A stretch of DNA of 56,801 nt, from NCBI GenBank assembly GCA_039815185.1, contig JBCBZT010000048.1:1-56801 (forward strand), in the 5' to 3' direction. Under the pieces are notes generated by a model. That model made no database searches, was not told where the DNA came from, and saw nothing but the letters and a program-made list of their open reading frames with translations. The first letter of the stretch is position 1. Each line of letters begins with the position of its first letter. This stretch comes from Cyanobacteria bacterium P01_A01_bin.123 (lineage in GTDB: Bacteria > Cyanobacteriota > Cyanobacteriia > Phormidesmidales > Phormidesmidaceae). Made by a program: the position numbers and the translations under genes. Of this stretch, positions 1 to 10,171 are shown piece after piece.

Positions 1-1388
1 CGCCATCGCAAAAATAGAGATGAACTCAGTAGCAGAGTAAACAAGATTGCGGCGCTCCATCCACCAAAGATACCGACTCCTAATTGTGGCAGAAAATTAA
101 CCAGCCCCTCTCCTTGCTCAAATGTCAGGCTATGAGTGAGTGGCACAAAGCCCAGCCAACTTAATAGAACAGCCAACAGACTCGGCACCTTGACGTCGCC
201 GGTACCTTGAAGGCAAAAGGCGCTGCCAATATTCAATGCATTAAAAGCGTTGTAGACAACGGCTAGCCAGAGTAATGTCTGGCTCAGTTGAATAACAGCT
301 TCAACGTGGGCATCAGTCGTCGTGACGAATAGGGGTACTAGCCACTGCCCGTTAAAGGCAAGTAAGACATTCACTGAAATCGAGTACAGCACACATAAGG
401 CGATCGCTATATTGCCTAATCGCTTTGCCCAGCGGCGATTACCTGCTCCAATTGACTGTCCGACCAAGGTTGTTCCTGCCTGCGCGATGCCCAGCGTTGG
501 CATGTAGGCCGTCGAGGTCAGCATCATAACAACCTGGGTAGCAGCCCCTGGTACGACACCAAGCTTGACCTGCATGATTTGGAAGAAGGCAATCCCGGTT
601 AAATCAGCGGTCATGAGAAATCCGAGTGGAAGACCCGCCGCAAAAAGATAGCGAATCGTTTGCCACTGGGGCTTCCAGATCCGATGAGATTGGAAGTCTT
701 GACGAATCTCACGGCTGAGAAAAACCCAGAGAAAAAGCACCATGCCAGCCATGAGCGAAAGGGTTGTCGCCCATGCGGCCCCGGCCATTCCCATTCCCAA
801 CTGAAACATCAAGCCCTCATTCAAAACCACGTTGAGGAGGGCAATGGCGATCGATACCCACAGCGTAATCGTAGTTTTGCCAACGCCATTGAAGAAGGCA
901 GTCAATCCTAAATTTATAATTGCGATTGTCAAGCCCAGGAGACGGGGCATCCAGTAATCGATGGCTAGCTGCTCAACGACTGGAGAGAACTGAAACAGCT
1001 TAAGCAACTCAGCTCCTGAAATAGCCAGTAGAACGAACAGTGGGGTGAGCAAGAGTGCACCCCAAAATCCGGCCCCAACCGCTTGGGCGGCCTGGTGAGA
1101 TTTACCCTCTCCATAGGCTTGAGCCACTAAGGTTTGTACATACATGCCGACCCCGCCAAACAGGACGAACAGTACCAGGATAAGAAAGTACAGCGCCCCC
1201 ATTGCAGCGATCGCATCGGTCGAGAGGCGTCCAATAAACCAGGAGTCTGTAAGGTTCAGAACAGCTTGAACCCCGCTACTGAGAAACAGCGGAAACGCGA
1301 GAAGCAAGATGCCTCGATAATCCACACGACGTTTGCCTCGCCAGTCAACTTTTGCGACAGGGAGGAGTGATTCAGTTTGATAAGCCAT
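1..1388 (-). CDS. MATE family efflux transporter (3' end runs off window)
   Basis: Manual translation from ATG at 1388: MAYQTESLLPVAKVDWRGKRRVDYRGILLLAFPLFLSSGVQAVLNLTDSWFIGRLSTDAIAAMG...VAQAYGEG...GMAGAAWAT...VGQSIGAG; open to position 1; absent from ORF track. Confidence 0.9.
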   Translation of the reverse strand, partial: MAYQTESLLPVAKVDWRGKRRVDYRGILLLAFPLFLSSGVQAVLNLTDSWFIGRLSTDAIAAMGALYFLILVLFVLFGGVGMYVQTLVAQAYGEGKSHQAAQAVGAGFWGALLLTPLFVLLAISGAELLKLFQFSPVVEQLAIDYWMPRLLGLTIAIINLGLTAFFNGVGKTTITLWVSIAIALLNVVLNEGLMFQLGMGMAGAAWATTLSLMAGMVLFLWVFLSREIRQDFQSHRIWKPQWQTIRYLFAAGLPLGFLMTADLTGIAFFQIMQVKLGVVPGAATQVVMMLTSTAYMPTLGIAQAGTTLVGQSIGAGNRRWAKRLGNIAIALCVLYSISVNVLLAFNGQWLVPLFVTTTDAHVEAVIQLSQTLLWLAVVYNAFNALNIGSAFCLQGTGDVKVPSLLAVLLSWLGFVPLTHSLTFEQGEGLVNFLPQLGVGIFGGWSAAILFTLLLSSSLFLRW

Positions 1389-1413
1389 CGTAAAGCCCGC
1401 TTTTCCCTTCTTG

Positions 1414-2025
1414 TTACCAAGTTGTTGTCTTCTGGCGAATTAAGTCATGAGCTTTGGCTAGAGACTGCCGACGATAATCTTCTCCTGCGTTTAAGTTTTC
1501 AGCATAAATAAACGTGATGTTGCTCACGCCAATAAACCCAAAAACCGCACGCAGATAAGGTTCTTGAAAATCATAGCTGGCGAGGTCTGTGCCAGCGGCA
1601 TAGCTACTTCCTCGTGTACTAATGATCAACATCTTTTTATGCTTAAGTAACCCTTCCCAAGCTGGAGTAAATGTTCGGTTGATGCGCACAATCTGATCAA
1701 TATAAGCCTTAAAATTGGCCGGAATACTGAAGTTGTACATGGGAATGCCAAACATATAGCATTCTGCTTGCAATAATTCAGCAATTAGCTCATCAGATAT
1801 TTGTAGAGCCTCAGAAAGTTCGGCGGGCAAGATCTCAGACTTGTTGAACGCTGCAGCAATCCATGATTCATCGACGGGTGGTACCGGGTGCAGCCCAACA
1901 TCTCGATAGGTCACCGTACCTTGTGGATGATGCTGAACCCAATTAGAGACAAATTCTTTTGTTAGGGCGCGCGAAACTGAACGACTCTCTCTTGGACTAG
2001 AGTCGAGATGCAAAATATGTGACAT
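1414..2025 (-). CDS. azoR: FMN-dependent NADH-azoreductase
   Basis: MSHILHLDSSPR..SVSRAL, PMYNFSIPANFKAYIDQIVR, STRGSSY, QEPYLRAVFGFIG. Confidence 0.9.
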   Translation of the reverse strand: MSHILHLDSSPRESRSVSRALTKEFVSNWVQHHPQGTVTYRDVGLHPVPPVDESWIAAAFNKSEILPAELSEALQISDELIAELLQAECYMFGIPMYNFSIPANFKAYIDQIVRINRTFTPAWEGLLKHKKMLIISTRGSSYAAGTDLASYDFQEPYLRAVFGFIGVSNITFIYAENLNAGEDYRRQSLAKAHDLIRQKTTTW

Positions 2026-2083
2026 GTGCAACTCGTTCCTTTACCGATATTTCAGCAGATACCTACGAGTATGCAGTGGGTCA

Positions 2084-2121
2084 AGTCTTGATATCTTGCA
2101 GCTTTCTCCGATTTTTTGCAC
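2084..2121 (-). promoter_or_regulatory. putative AraC-type direct-repeat site upstream of azoR
   Basis: Minus strand TGCAAAAAATCGGAG...TGCAAGATATCAAG, TGCAA repeated at 20-bp spacing, between an AraC gene and azoR. Confidence 0.4.
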
Positions 2122-2128
2122 ATTCTCA

Positions 2129-3061
2129 CTAATGGTTGATAAAGATTTTAGGGGTCATACCAACCCATTGCTTAAAGTGTCGATTGAGATGGCTTTGGTG
2201 GGCAAATCCGACCTCAATTGCGATATCAGCGATGGCTAATTTGCCCTCACGTAAAAGGTGTTTTGCCCGTTCAACGCGCTGCTGAATCACATACTGATGT
2301 GGCGTAAGTCTAGTCGATTGTTTGAACAAGCGGGTGAAGTAATTGGGACTGAGCTGAGCGATCGCGGCAAGTTCAGCTAAGGTAAGGTCTTGGTCAAGAT
2401 GCGCATCTACATACTCGATGACCTGCCGCAGCTGATAACGTGGCAGTCCTCCTGCTGGAGCTGGCACAATGGTTTCTTCGGCTGTGTAGTGGCGAAGCAG
2501 ATGGACAAAAAGCGTCGTACAAAGGGTGTCGGCATATAACCGCCCTCCCAGGTTTCCTGACTCAAGTTCAGCTTTGAGTGATAACCCAATTCCGTGGACC
2601 AACGGATCCGCGTCTATAAAATGTGGGATTAGTTCAGCTGTATGGCTGTTACCAGCAGATCGTGCAGCGTGGAGGAATGCACTTGGCTCAAGACTCAGAA
2701 TCAAGTATCGATTTTCAGCATCCCAATTTGCATGGTGAGGTGTATGTGCTGGAACAATCAGAACGCTGCCAACTCGAAAATGATTTTTTTGATACTGGGT
2801 TCCCAACCATTGCTCAACTTGAGTAGATGCTTCCAAATGAACCAGGACTAAGTGGTGTTGAGAGGCGATCGCTGGAATTTCGTAAGCAGGATGGTGATAA
2901 TAGCTCAGGTGAACTCCACTCCATTGTCGTGGCTGGCTTGAAAGCAATGCTTCCGAAGGCAAGACTTGCACAACCTCACGATCTTGAGTGAAATCTATCG
3001 TCAGGGCACGATGAGTTGCTAGTTCTTGAGATCTGTAGAATAGCTGCTTCACTACAACCAA
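2129..3061 (-). CDS. AraC family transcriptional regulator
   Basis: C-terminal double HTH: LTLAELAAIAQLSPNYFTRLFKQS...IADIAIEVGFAHQSHLNRHFK. Confidence 0.93.
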   Translation of the reverse strand: MVVVKQLFYRSQELATHRALTIDFTQDREVVQVLPSEALLSSQPRQWSGVHLSYYHHPAYEIPAIASQHHLVLVHLEASTQVEQWLGTQYQKNHFRVGSVLIVPAHTPHHANWDAENRYLILSLEPSAFLHAARSAGNSHTAELIPHFIDADPLVHGIGLSLKAELESGNLGGRLYADTLCTTLFVHLLRHYTAEETIVPAPAGGLPRYQLRQVIEYVDAHLDQDLTLAELAAIAQLSPNYFTRLFKQSTRLTPHQYVIQQRVERAKHLLREGKLAIADIAIEVGFAHQSHLNRHFKQWVGMTPKIFINH

Positions 3062-3226
3062 TGCGTTTATGAACTTTTAAGGGCAATATCATTGCATCTC
3101 AATTATGACTCACTCTCATATAGCATTTGTAGTCTGAGCTAGCAGCCCAACCCTACTTTGGTGCGGGCGAAACAGAAGCTATCTGTGACTATTGGCGGGC
3201 ATCTGCCGCAGCACAACTTCACTGTT

Positions 3227-3457
3227 ATGCTGCGTTCTCATTCTGTGAGTGGAACTATCACGGAAAACGGAACATCCTACAGTTTTGGATATGCCTTAAT
3301 CCGCAATCAGCAACGCATCCGTCTCAAGATTGGCGATGACGGCGAAATTTTAGAAGATGTTGGCACAGCACTTGACGCCGAGAAGGAATTACTTGCAGAT
3401 ATGAACCGACCGCCGAAAGTATATCGGTATGGTGCAGAGGTTATCTGTGGCGGGTGA
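3227..3457 (+). CDS. hypothetical protein
   Basis: Short ORF filling an intergenic gap; protein-like composition; no recognised motif; start uncertain (3158 or 3227). Confidence 0.4.
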   Translation: MLRSHSVSGTITENGTSYSFGYALIRNQQRIRLKIGDDGEILEDVGTALDAEKELLADMNRPPKVYRYGAEVICGG

Positions 3458-3570
3458 TGCGAGGCGTTACGCTCCTCAAAGGTTTGATGCCTAGAGGGTT
3501 GAGCCTCTGACCCAGCTTTCCCTCACCGCTGCCTTGTAAAATAACGGGGTTATGCTACTGCATCTGCGCT

Positions 3571-4128
3571 ATGTCCCTTAATCAAGAACCGCCCCAGCTG
3601 CTCAAGCAGCGACTGTTTTACGAAGGTCGCAAATTTAATTTTGAAGTTAACCGTCTACGATTGCCCAACAAAGCCGTTGGCGATTGGGAATGTATCCGCC
3701 ACCCTGGCGGAGCCTTGGCGGTTCCGGTCACGGCTGAGGGAGAACTGGTGCTGGTACGGCAATATCGCTTTGCTGTGCAGGGGCGACTGCTTGAGTTTCC
3801 GGCGGGTACTGTTGAACTGGAAGAGTCCCCTGCTGAAACGATCAAGCGAGAAATTGAAGAAGAAACGGGCTACCACGCTAATACCTGGCAATCACTGGGC
3901 AAGTTTGCGCTGGCACCAGGGTATTCCGATGAGTTTATCTATGCTTTTCTCGCCACCGATTTAGAAAAACTTGATGTCCCAGTCGCCCAGGATGAAGACG
4001 AAGACATCGAAGTGGTGTTGATGACCCCCGAAGCGTTAGAAAAAGCGATTTTGACGGGAGAAGCGGTAGATGCCAAATCTATTTGTAGTTTTTTCTTAGC
4101 TAAACCGCACTTAGATAACAAGTTCTAG
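3571..4128 (+). CDS. NUDIX hydrolase (ADP-ribose pyrophosphatase-like)
   Basis: RQYRF..LEFPAG, Nudix box GTVELEESPAETIKREIEEETGY. Confidence 0.92.
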   Translation: MSLNQEPPQLLKQRLFYEGRKFNFEVNRLRLPNKAVGDWECIRHPGGALAVPVTAEGELVLVRQYRFAVQGRLLEFPAGTVELEESPAETIKREIEEETGYHANTWQSLGKFALAPGYSDEFIYAFLATDLEKLDVPVAQDEDEDIEVVLMTPEALEKAILTGEAVDAKSICSFFLAKPHLDNKF

Positions 4129-4262
4129 AGTTCTAAAGTGATTCTGTGTAAATAGTAGTGCCCGGCGGCATCTGGCCTGCGGTTGGTTACAATGCTGACG
4201 GGTAAGCCCACTGGAGACACCCAGGGGTACCCTGACTTTGGATCACACTTGTTTAGATCACG

Positions 4263-5399
4263 ATGACAACTCGAACGGGCATTGGCATTCGCACGGCACA
4301 AGACAACAGTGAGCGATTGACCGGGCAAATCCACGTCTACGATGGCGAAGGCAAAGGCAAATCTCAGGTGGCACTGGGGGTCGTATTACGCTCCATTGGC
4401 CTAGGCATTCAAAACTTTATGGAAAGCCGGGTGCTGCTGTTGCGGTTTCTTAAGGGGCCAGGACGAACCTACGACGAAGACGCCGCCATTGAAGCCCTAC
4501 AGCGAGGCTTTCCCCATTTAATTGATCAGGTACGCACCGGGCGGGCAGAGTTCTTTGGCCCCGAGGAGATTACTCGCTTTGATAAGCAAGAAGCCCAGCG
4601 GGGGTGGGATGTGGCTAAGGGCGCGATCGCGTCTGGGCTCTACTCTGTTGTGGTATTGGACGAACTCAACCCAGTGTTAGATCTGGGTCTGCTACCCATC
4701 GACGACGTGGTCCGCACCCTCAAGCGCAAACCCGACCATCTTGAAATTATCGCCACTGGGCGAGGCGCCCCCCAACCCCTCCTGGATGTCGCTAATCTGC
4801 ATTCTGAAATGAAGCCCCAAGCGCGGCTCAACAGCGATTTCCCTGGCCTTGAAGGCATTGAAATTTATACGGGTAGCGGTAAGGGTAAATCGACTAGCGC
4901 TCTGGGTAAAGCGTTGCAAGCCATTGGTCGTGGGATTAGCCAAGACAAGTCCCATCGGGTGCTGATTATGCAGTGGCTTAAAGGGGGACGGGGCTATACC
5001 GAAGACGCGGCGATCGCCGCCTTACGTCAAAGCTATCCTGACTTAGTAGATCACCAGCGCTGTGGCCGGGATGCCATCGTCTGGCGGGGTCAGCAGCAAG
5101 AGATTGACTATGTGGAAGCCGAGCGGGGGTGGGAAATTGCTTGTACCGCGATCGCCTCTGGGCTCTACAAAACCATCATTCTCGACGAGCTCAATCCTAC
5201 TGTTGACTTAGAACTGCTACCGGAAGAACCGATCGTCCAAGCCCTACTGCGCAAACCCCGCGACACCGAAGTCATCATTACTGGACGCTGCAAGAATCCC
5301 CCTGCCTATTTTGAACTCGCCAGTGCCCACTCGGAAGTGTTTAATCACAAACACTATGCCGAGAATGGCGTTGATCTAAAACGCGGCGTTGATTTCTAA
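4263..5399 (+). CDS. cobO: cob(I)yrinic acid a,c-diamide adenosyltransferase, tandem two-domain cyanobacterial form
   Basis: Two CobA/CobO/BtuR modules: YDGEGKGKS...VLDELN..TGRGAP and YTGSGKGKSTSALG...ILDELN..TGR. Confidence 0.9.
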   Translation: MTTRTGIGIRTAQDNSERLTGQIHVYDGEGKGKSQVALGVVLRSIGLGIQNFMESRVLLLRFLKGPGRTYDEDAAIEALQRGFPHLIDQVRTGRAEFFGPEEITRFDKQEAQRGWDVAKGAIASGLYSVVVLDELNPVLDLGLLPIDDVVRTLKRKPDHLEIIATGRGAPQPLLDVANLHSEMKPQARLNSDFPGLEGIEIYTGSGKGKSTSALGKALQAIGRGISQDKSHRVLIMQWLKGGRGYTEDAAIAALRQSYPDLVDHQRCGRDAIVWRGQQQEIDYVEAERGWEIACTAIASGLYKTIILDELNPTVDLELLPEEPIVQALLRKPRDTEVIITGRCKNPPAYFELASAHSEVFNHKHYAENGVDLKRGVDF

Positions 5400-5732
5400 G
5401 ACGACAGCGATCGCGTGCTACCTTAAATTTCTCCGACCTCAAACTTGACGGGATGACGTTCTGCTTCAATTGCGAATTATTCCCGTTAAAACTAGATTCC
5501 TTGTAGGAGAATAAAACACAATCAAGATTTAATCTCAATAAAATGCATAGAAATCCTAATAAATACATCAGGTCATACTTAGGCATAGTGCCGAGCTGAA
5601 TGCACTTCTTATCCATTAATATCCGTTAGTGTTCATTAAAAATGCCAAGAATACCAGAGTTCTCAGGCAACAAGATAAATTGTTAAGAATTCATTCCCCA
5701 ATCATTTGGCAATAAAAGTTAACCATTTTCTT

Positions 5733-5750
5733 ATTGAGAATAATTCTGAT
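5733..5750 (+). promoter_or_regulatory. putative Fur box upstream of isiA
   Basis: ATTGAGAAT-A-ATTCTGAT imperfect palindrome ~80 bp upstream of isiA, an established Fur target. Confidence 0.65.
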
Positions 5751-5831
5751 CTATGTTGAGATAGCTCTATTGCGAAATTGAGTCAATAAGACTCTCGCAA
5801 GCTACATTCTCTTCATAAAGGAATTGATTGC

Positions 5832-6857
5832 ATGCAAACCTATGGAAAAACAGACGTTGCCTACGACTGGTGGGCTGGCAACGCTCGATTTAGTAACCTT
5901 TCAGGGTTCTTTATTGCAGCCCATGTGGGGCAGACCGCTTTAATCACCTTGTGGGCAGGAGCTTTTACCCTGTTTGAGCTATCTTGGTTTGATCCCACTG
6001 TGCCCATGGGCGAACAGGGGCTAATTTTGCTTCCCCACCTTGCTACCCTGGGCTTTGGCGTCAGTGATGGTGGGCAAGTTGTGGATACCTATCCTTACTT
6101 CGTTATCGGGGTGCTGCACCTGATTTCTTCAGCTGTGCTGGGAGCTGGAGCGTTATTTCACACCTTCAAAGCACCAGCAGATTTGAACACAGCTAAAGGT
6201 CAAGCCCGCAAGTTTGATTTTGCCTGGGACGACCCGGCTAAACTCGGCCTGATTTTGGGGCATCATCTGCTGTTCCTGGGGGCGGGGGCGCTGCTGTTGG
6301 TGGCTAAGGCAACGACGTGGGGTGGCCTCTATGACTCGACGACTCAAACGGTACGCTTGGTTCAACCGACCCTCGATCCCTTGGTGATTTATGGCTATCA
6401 AACTCACTTTGCCAACGTCAGCAGTCTGGAAGATTTAGTTGGCGGTCATGTCTATGTGGGTACGTTGCTGATTGCTGGAGGCGTTTGGCATATTTTGGTA
6501 CCACCACTGAAGTGGGCAAAAAATGTCCTGCAATTTTCTGGCGAAGCGATTTTGTCTTATTCCTTGGGGGGTATTGCCCTAGCGGGTTTTGTAGCCGCTT
6601 ACTTCTGTGCTGTCAATACTTTGGCTTATCCAGTGGAATTCTACGGTCCTCCACTGGCTGTGAAGTTGGGGATTGCGCCTTACTTTGCCGATACAATTGC
6701 CCTGCCTTTGAACAGCCATACCTCGCGCTGTTGGCTTGCAAATGCTCACTTTTTCCTGGCATTTTTCTTTCTTCAAGGCCATCTCTGGCATGCGTTGCGA
6801 GCGATTGGTTTTGACTTCCGTCGGGTAGAGCAAGCCTTGAGTGCAGTTGAGTCCTAG
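5832..6857 (+). CDS. isiA: iron-stress-induced chlorophyll-binding protein (CP43'/Pcb family)
   Basis: MQTYG...[36 protein letters not shown]; 341 aa, lacks the large CP43 loop. Confidence 0.88.
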   Translation: MQTYGKTDVAYDWWAGNARFSNLSGFFIAAHVGQTALITLWAGAFTLFELSWFDPTVPMGEQGLILLPHLATLGFGVSDGGQVVDTYPYFVIGVLHLISSAVLGAGALFHTFKAPADLNTAKGQARKFDFAWDDPAKLGLILGHHLLFLGAGALLLVAKATTWGGLYDSTTQTVRLVQPTLDPLVIYGYQTHFANVSSLEDLVGGHVYVGTLLIAGGVWHILVPPLKWAKNVLQFSGEAILSYSLGGIALAGFVAAYFCAVNTLAYPVEFYGPPLAVKLGIAPYFADTIALPLNSHTSRCWLANAHFFLAFFFLQGHLWHALRAIGFDFRRVEQALSAVES

Positions 6858-7093
6858 CAACTGAACCCTTTCTCTCCTCTCTACTTGGGGGATTAGAGCT
6901 GTCAAGCTTATATCCCCCTTTTCTGACCTTTTTGAGACTTTCTCCCGATGATTTGCCCTTGCTGTTCTGAAACTTTGCTCCATCACATTGACAGAAAAGG
7001 CACCTATTGGTTTTGCCCAGCTTGTCGTCAAGCCATGCCGTTGATCCCGTTGACCAGTCTCGATGCTGCTAAGTCAAGAAACGTATTACCGAC

Positions 7094-7399
7094 ATGACGT
7101 TGCAAACTTTAAGCCAACCCCTTGACAACTGGCTGGCGTTATTTGTTCCGCTGGTGATTTGGGCAGTCTTACTGCTGTTTGTTTTGGCCCTGTTTTTGTC
7201 AATACAGGACGGTATTCAGCGACTTAGGCGGCTGCATCAAATTCCGTGTCATCGGTGTCAGTATTACACTGGCAGTAACTATTTAAAGTGTCCCGTGCAT
7301 CCCGTATCAGCTTTTTCGGAAGACGCGATTCATTGCCGGGACTATGATCCTAAACCGCAGCATCCTCGTCCCATCAAGCACAAGCCGCTCAAAATTTAG
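7094..7399 (+). CDS. small membrane protein with Cys motif (cyanobacterial hypothetical)
   Basis: One TM segment followed by LHQIPCHRCQYY..YLKCPVHP..A..C.DY. Confidence 0.7.
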   Translation: MTLQTLSQPLDNWLALFVPLVIWAVLLLFVLALFLSIQDGIQRLRRLHQIPCHRCQYYTGSNYLKCPVHPVSAFSEDAIHCRDYDPKPQHPRPIKHKPLKI

Positions 7400-7808
7400 T
7401 AACCTCATCATCATGAGAAGCCAACCAGGTTTGCAAAGCTGGACTCAAAGGCTGTAACTTCCGCTCGACCGGATCGATACATAGATGTAGCGTCTGGGCA
7501 GTGGCGGCCAGCGTGTCGCTGAGATAAACCTGATACGCGATCGCGAACTTGCTCTCACCCAAAATTTTGGGGACAAGATCGACAGTGACCCGATCACCAC
7601 AGTGGAGCGGATGGCGAAAATCGACCTCAGCGTGAACGATTGGCACTGCCGTGGAGCCCCGGCTAAAAAACTGCCTAATGTCCACACCATTAGCTGCCAA
7701 AGCCGCCTCATAGGCTTCGTGGCATAGAGCCAATACATTGGCAAAGTAAACGACCCCCGCTGCATCGGTATCGGCAAACCGAATCACACGGGAATAGACA
7801 AACGCCAC
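7389..7808 (-). CDS. menI: acyl-CoA thioesterase, probable DHNA-CoA hydrolase
   Basis: RFADTDAAGVVYFANVLALCHEAYE hotdog-fold motif, PIVHAEVDF. Confidence 0.75.
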   Translation of the reverse strand: MAFVYSRVIRFADTDAAGVVYFANVLALCHEAYEAALAANGVDIRQFFSRGSTAVPIVHAEVDFRHPLHCGDRVTVDLVPKILGESKFAIAYQVYLSDTLAATAQTLHLCIDPVERKLQPLSPALQTWLASHDDEVTKF

Positions 7809-7810
7809 GC

Positions 7811-9073
7811 CTAGCTCGCGTTGGGTTGAGCAGGACGGAAGGGCACGTCAAAGTCAATAGATTCAGCGTCTTCTGCTTCTGTTTCAGGTGACATAAACGC
7901 TAGAGGATTCTCCAGCACAGCAGCAAAGTTATTGAGTGTGTACTGCAGCAACTCATTAGGATTCACCGCAATCCAGCCGTCCCCAGTCAACTGGCGGACT
8001 TCAAAGTGCAGGTGAGGGCCAGTTGAATTCCCCGTACTGCCGACCAAGCCGATCACTTCTCCTTGTTCGACCCATTCTCCAGCCTGAACCAACAGTCGAG
8101 ACATGTGGCCATAGAGCGTTTCTTGCTGGCCGTTGCGTTGGCGCAAAATCACGGTAAAGCCATAGCCTCCCATATAGTCAGAGACCACTACTTGCCCGTC
8201 GTGGGCCGCTAAGATCGGCGTCCCCAAAGGCGCGCCTAGGTCAGTCCCGGAGTGAAAGCGCGTTGTCCCAAAGATGGGATGCGTGCGCCAACCGAACAAA
8301 GAAGTAATCGGTGAGGGGGTCGCTAGCGGAAAAATAAAGGCTTCAGCCGTCTGCCGTAGGTTATTCAGCGGGCGTAGCATCCGGTTGTAATATTCACGGC
8401 TGGCAACTGTTGTGCCGCCAACACTGACCCCATTAGCACTGATGTTCACAGGGCCAATATTAACGCCGCCGCCACTGGTACCGCCGCCAGTCGCAATAGC
8501 CGCTTCAGGAAGCGCGCCCTCTACCGCCGCCACGCATCCATTACCGACCAATGATTCTCCCTCACTCAGCGTTACCTGACAGCCCGTGGAACGCTCAGCA
8601 AAAACAACATCTGGCGCGTCGGGATTCACTGTTTCGCCAACGCTGTACTCAGTGGGATCAATAAATATATCGTTGTAACCCGCAGGCACATCAGCACCCG
8701 CAGGCACCTCATCAGGCACAGCCGGGGCTTCAAACACAATGCTTGGCATTGGTTCTATAGAAGGAATGTCAGGTTCGCTAACCGGTGGCGTCGGGGCCGC
8801 CACCTCAGGGGCAGGTGCTGACTCCACAACCTGTTCTGGCTCAATAGACTGGGCGGTGTGGGTTGGAGGGACTGGGGCTGAGTCAATTGCGGGCAATGCC
8901 AAATCAGCCGCCTCAGTCGAGGGCGGCATAATCACTGTTGGGGTACTTTCTGACTGGGCCCAGCCCCAACCCCCACTGAGTAATCCAAAACCGCCGACTA
9001 AGCTCACTAAGCGAAGGATGAAGCGGGGGGAACTCATGCGGTTGGCGAGATTTGAATCAAACGGTCGGGTCAT
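7811..9073 (-). CDS. M23 family metallopeptidase
   Basis: ITSLFGWRTHP..FHSGTDL, YGHMS, GSTGNSTGPHLHFE; N-terminal signal-like segment. Confidence 0.92.
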   Translation of the reverse strand: MTRPFDSNLANRMSSPRFILRLVSLVGGFGLLSGGWGWAQSESTPTVIMPPSTEAADLALPAIDSAPVPPTHTAQSIEPEQVVESAPAPEVAAPTPPVSEPDIPSIEPMPSIVFEAPAVPDEVPAGADVPAGYNDIFIDPTEYSVGETVNPDAPDVVFAERSTGCQVTLSEGESLVGNGCVAAVEGALPEAAIATGGGTSGGGVNIGPVNISANGVSVGGTTVASREYYNRMLRPLNNLRQTAEAFIFPLATPSPITSLFGWRTHPIFGTTRFHSGTDLGAPLGTPILAAHDGQVVVSDYMGGYGFTVILRQRNGQQETLYGHMSRLLVQAGEWVEQGEVIGLVGSTGNSTGPHLHFEVRQLTGDGWIAVNPNELLQYTLNNFAAVLENPLAFMSPETEAEDAESIDFDVPFRPAQPNAS

Positions 9074-9145
9074 TAACGCTACTCCGAAACTGCCTTTTCT
9101 AAGGTGTCAGGCTGGGGTACCTGATTGAGGTGCCAGACTGGGGTG

Positions 9146-9967
9146 TCAGACATTGTATCCCAGAGCAATCTCGCCCGGTTGATACTCTATCTCATTAGCA
9201 CTACCTGTCGACTCTGTTGTTCGACGGATTCGCAGTGCGCCACTGCTAGAGACGCCAACCACCTCACCTAAGTGCCCATCGGCCGCAGTTACCCGCTGGC
9301 CTCGATTAGTCAGCAACCTTTCGTAGGCTCGAATAAAGGCGTTGGTCTCTATCGTCTGGTATTGGTGATAGCCGTGGACAATGCCCTGCAACGTTACCGC
9401 AACCAACCGTTCTAGGCTAGCAATTCTAGGCTGATCTGTGGCCATCAGGAAAGATTTGAGACCAATGGCCCTATCAGGTACCTGATTGCTCCAATTAAGG
9501 CCGACCCCCACCACGACCCAAGCAATTCGTCCGGCCACCAGCCGACTTTCAGTCAAAATGCCTCCCAGCTTACGCCCGCATAGAATTAAATCGTTAGGCC
9601 ATTTCAGCCGCACCGGAATATCAAGCGCGTTTAGGCTTTGGGCAACACCCCAGGCGCTAGCTAAAGTCAACACTGTGGCTTGATCTGCAGCGACATCGGG
9701 AGCCAAGGCCAAAGAGAAATACGCCCCCCCTCGGGGTGATTGCCACTGCCGTCCCCATTGCCCCCGTCCAGCAGTTTGACTGGCCGCTATCGCCACGGTT
9801 CCAGAGGGGGCTCCAGTATCGATTAACTGCCAAACCTGGGCGTTGGTCGAGGGTATCTGATCAAACCCGTGAATCTTGAACTGTGGCCGCCAGGTTGCCA
9901 TGGAGGGTGCCCCTGTCCCTTGGGGAGACAGTTGCTTGAGCGCTAAGTCAAGCTGCTGAAGATCCAC
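9146..9967 (-). CDS. birA: biotin--[acetyl-CoA-carboxylase] ligase
   Basis: STN, QTAGRGQWGRQWQSP, LKWPNDL, KLGGILTE, VGVGLN. Confidence 0.93.
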   Translation of the reverse strand: MDLQQLDLALKQLSPQGTGAPSMATWRPQFKIHGFDQIPSTNAQVWQLIDTGAPSGTVAIAASQTAGRGQWGRQWQSPRGGAYFSLALAPDVAADQATVLTLASAWGVAQSLNALDIPVRLKWPNDLILCGRKLGGILTESRLVAGRIAWVVVGVGLNWSNQVPDRAIGLKSFLMATDQPRIASLERLVAVTLQGIVHGYHQYQTIETNAFIRAYERLLTNRGQRVTAADGHLGEVVGVSSSGALRIRRTTESTGSANEIEYQPGEIALGYNV

Positions 9968-10171
9968 TGTAAATCTATAAGGAAATCGGACAATTTAGAC
10001 AGCTAGAACCCTCCTGAAATCTGGAGGCACCCCACCGTCGCTGCTACGATATCACGACTTGGCAATACTGCAATGCGTTAAGTCTTAACCTTAGGGAAGA
10101 GAGAGAAGAGATGAATCAGGGGTCGGGATAGGGTAAGGCGGTCATCAGAACCGGCTTGGTCAAGCATTCAC

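Noticed and set aside
322..1370. Short plus-strand ORFs in the track (and similar shadow ORFs elsewhere)
   Set aside because: Antisense or alternate-frame shadows of well-supported genes such as the MATE transporter
4263..5399. Tandem duplication within cobO
   Set aside because: The two-domain form is the normal cyanobacterial arrangement
10074..10095. GTTAAGTCTTAACCTTAGG resembling a cyanobacterial Pho box
   Set aside because: Lacks the regular multi-repeat spacing, and no phosphate-related gene adjacent
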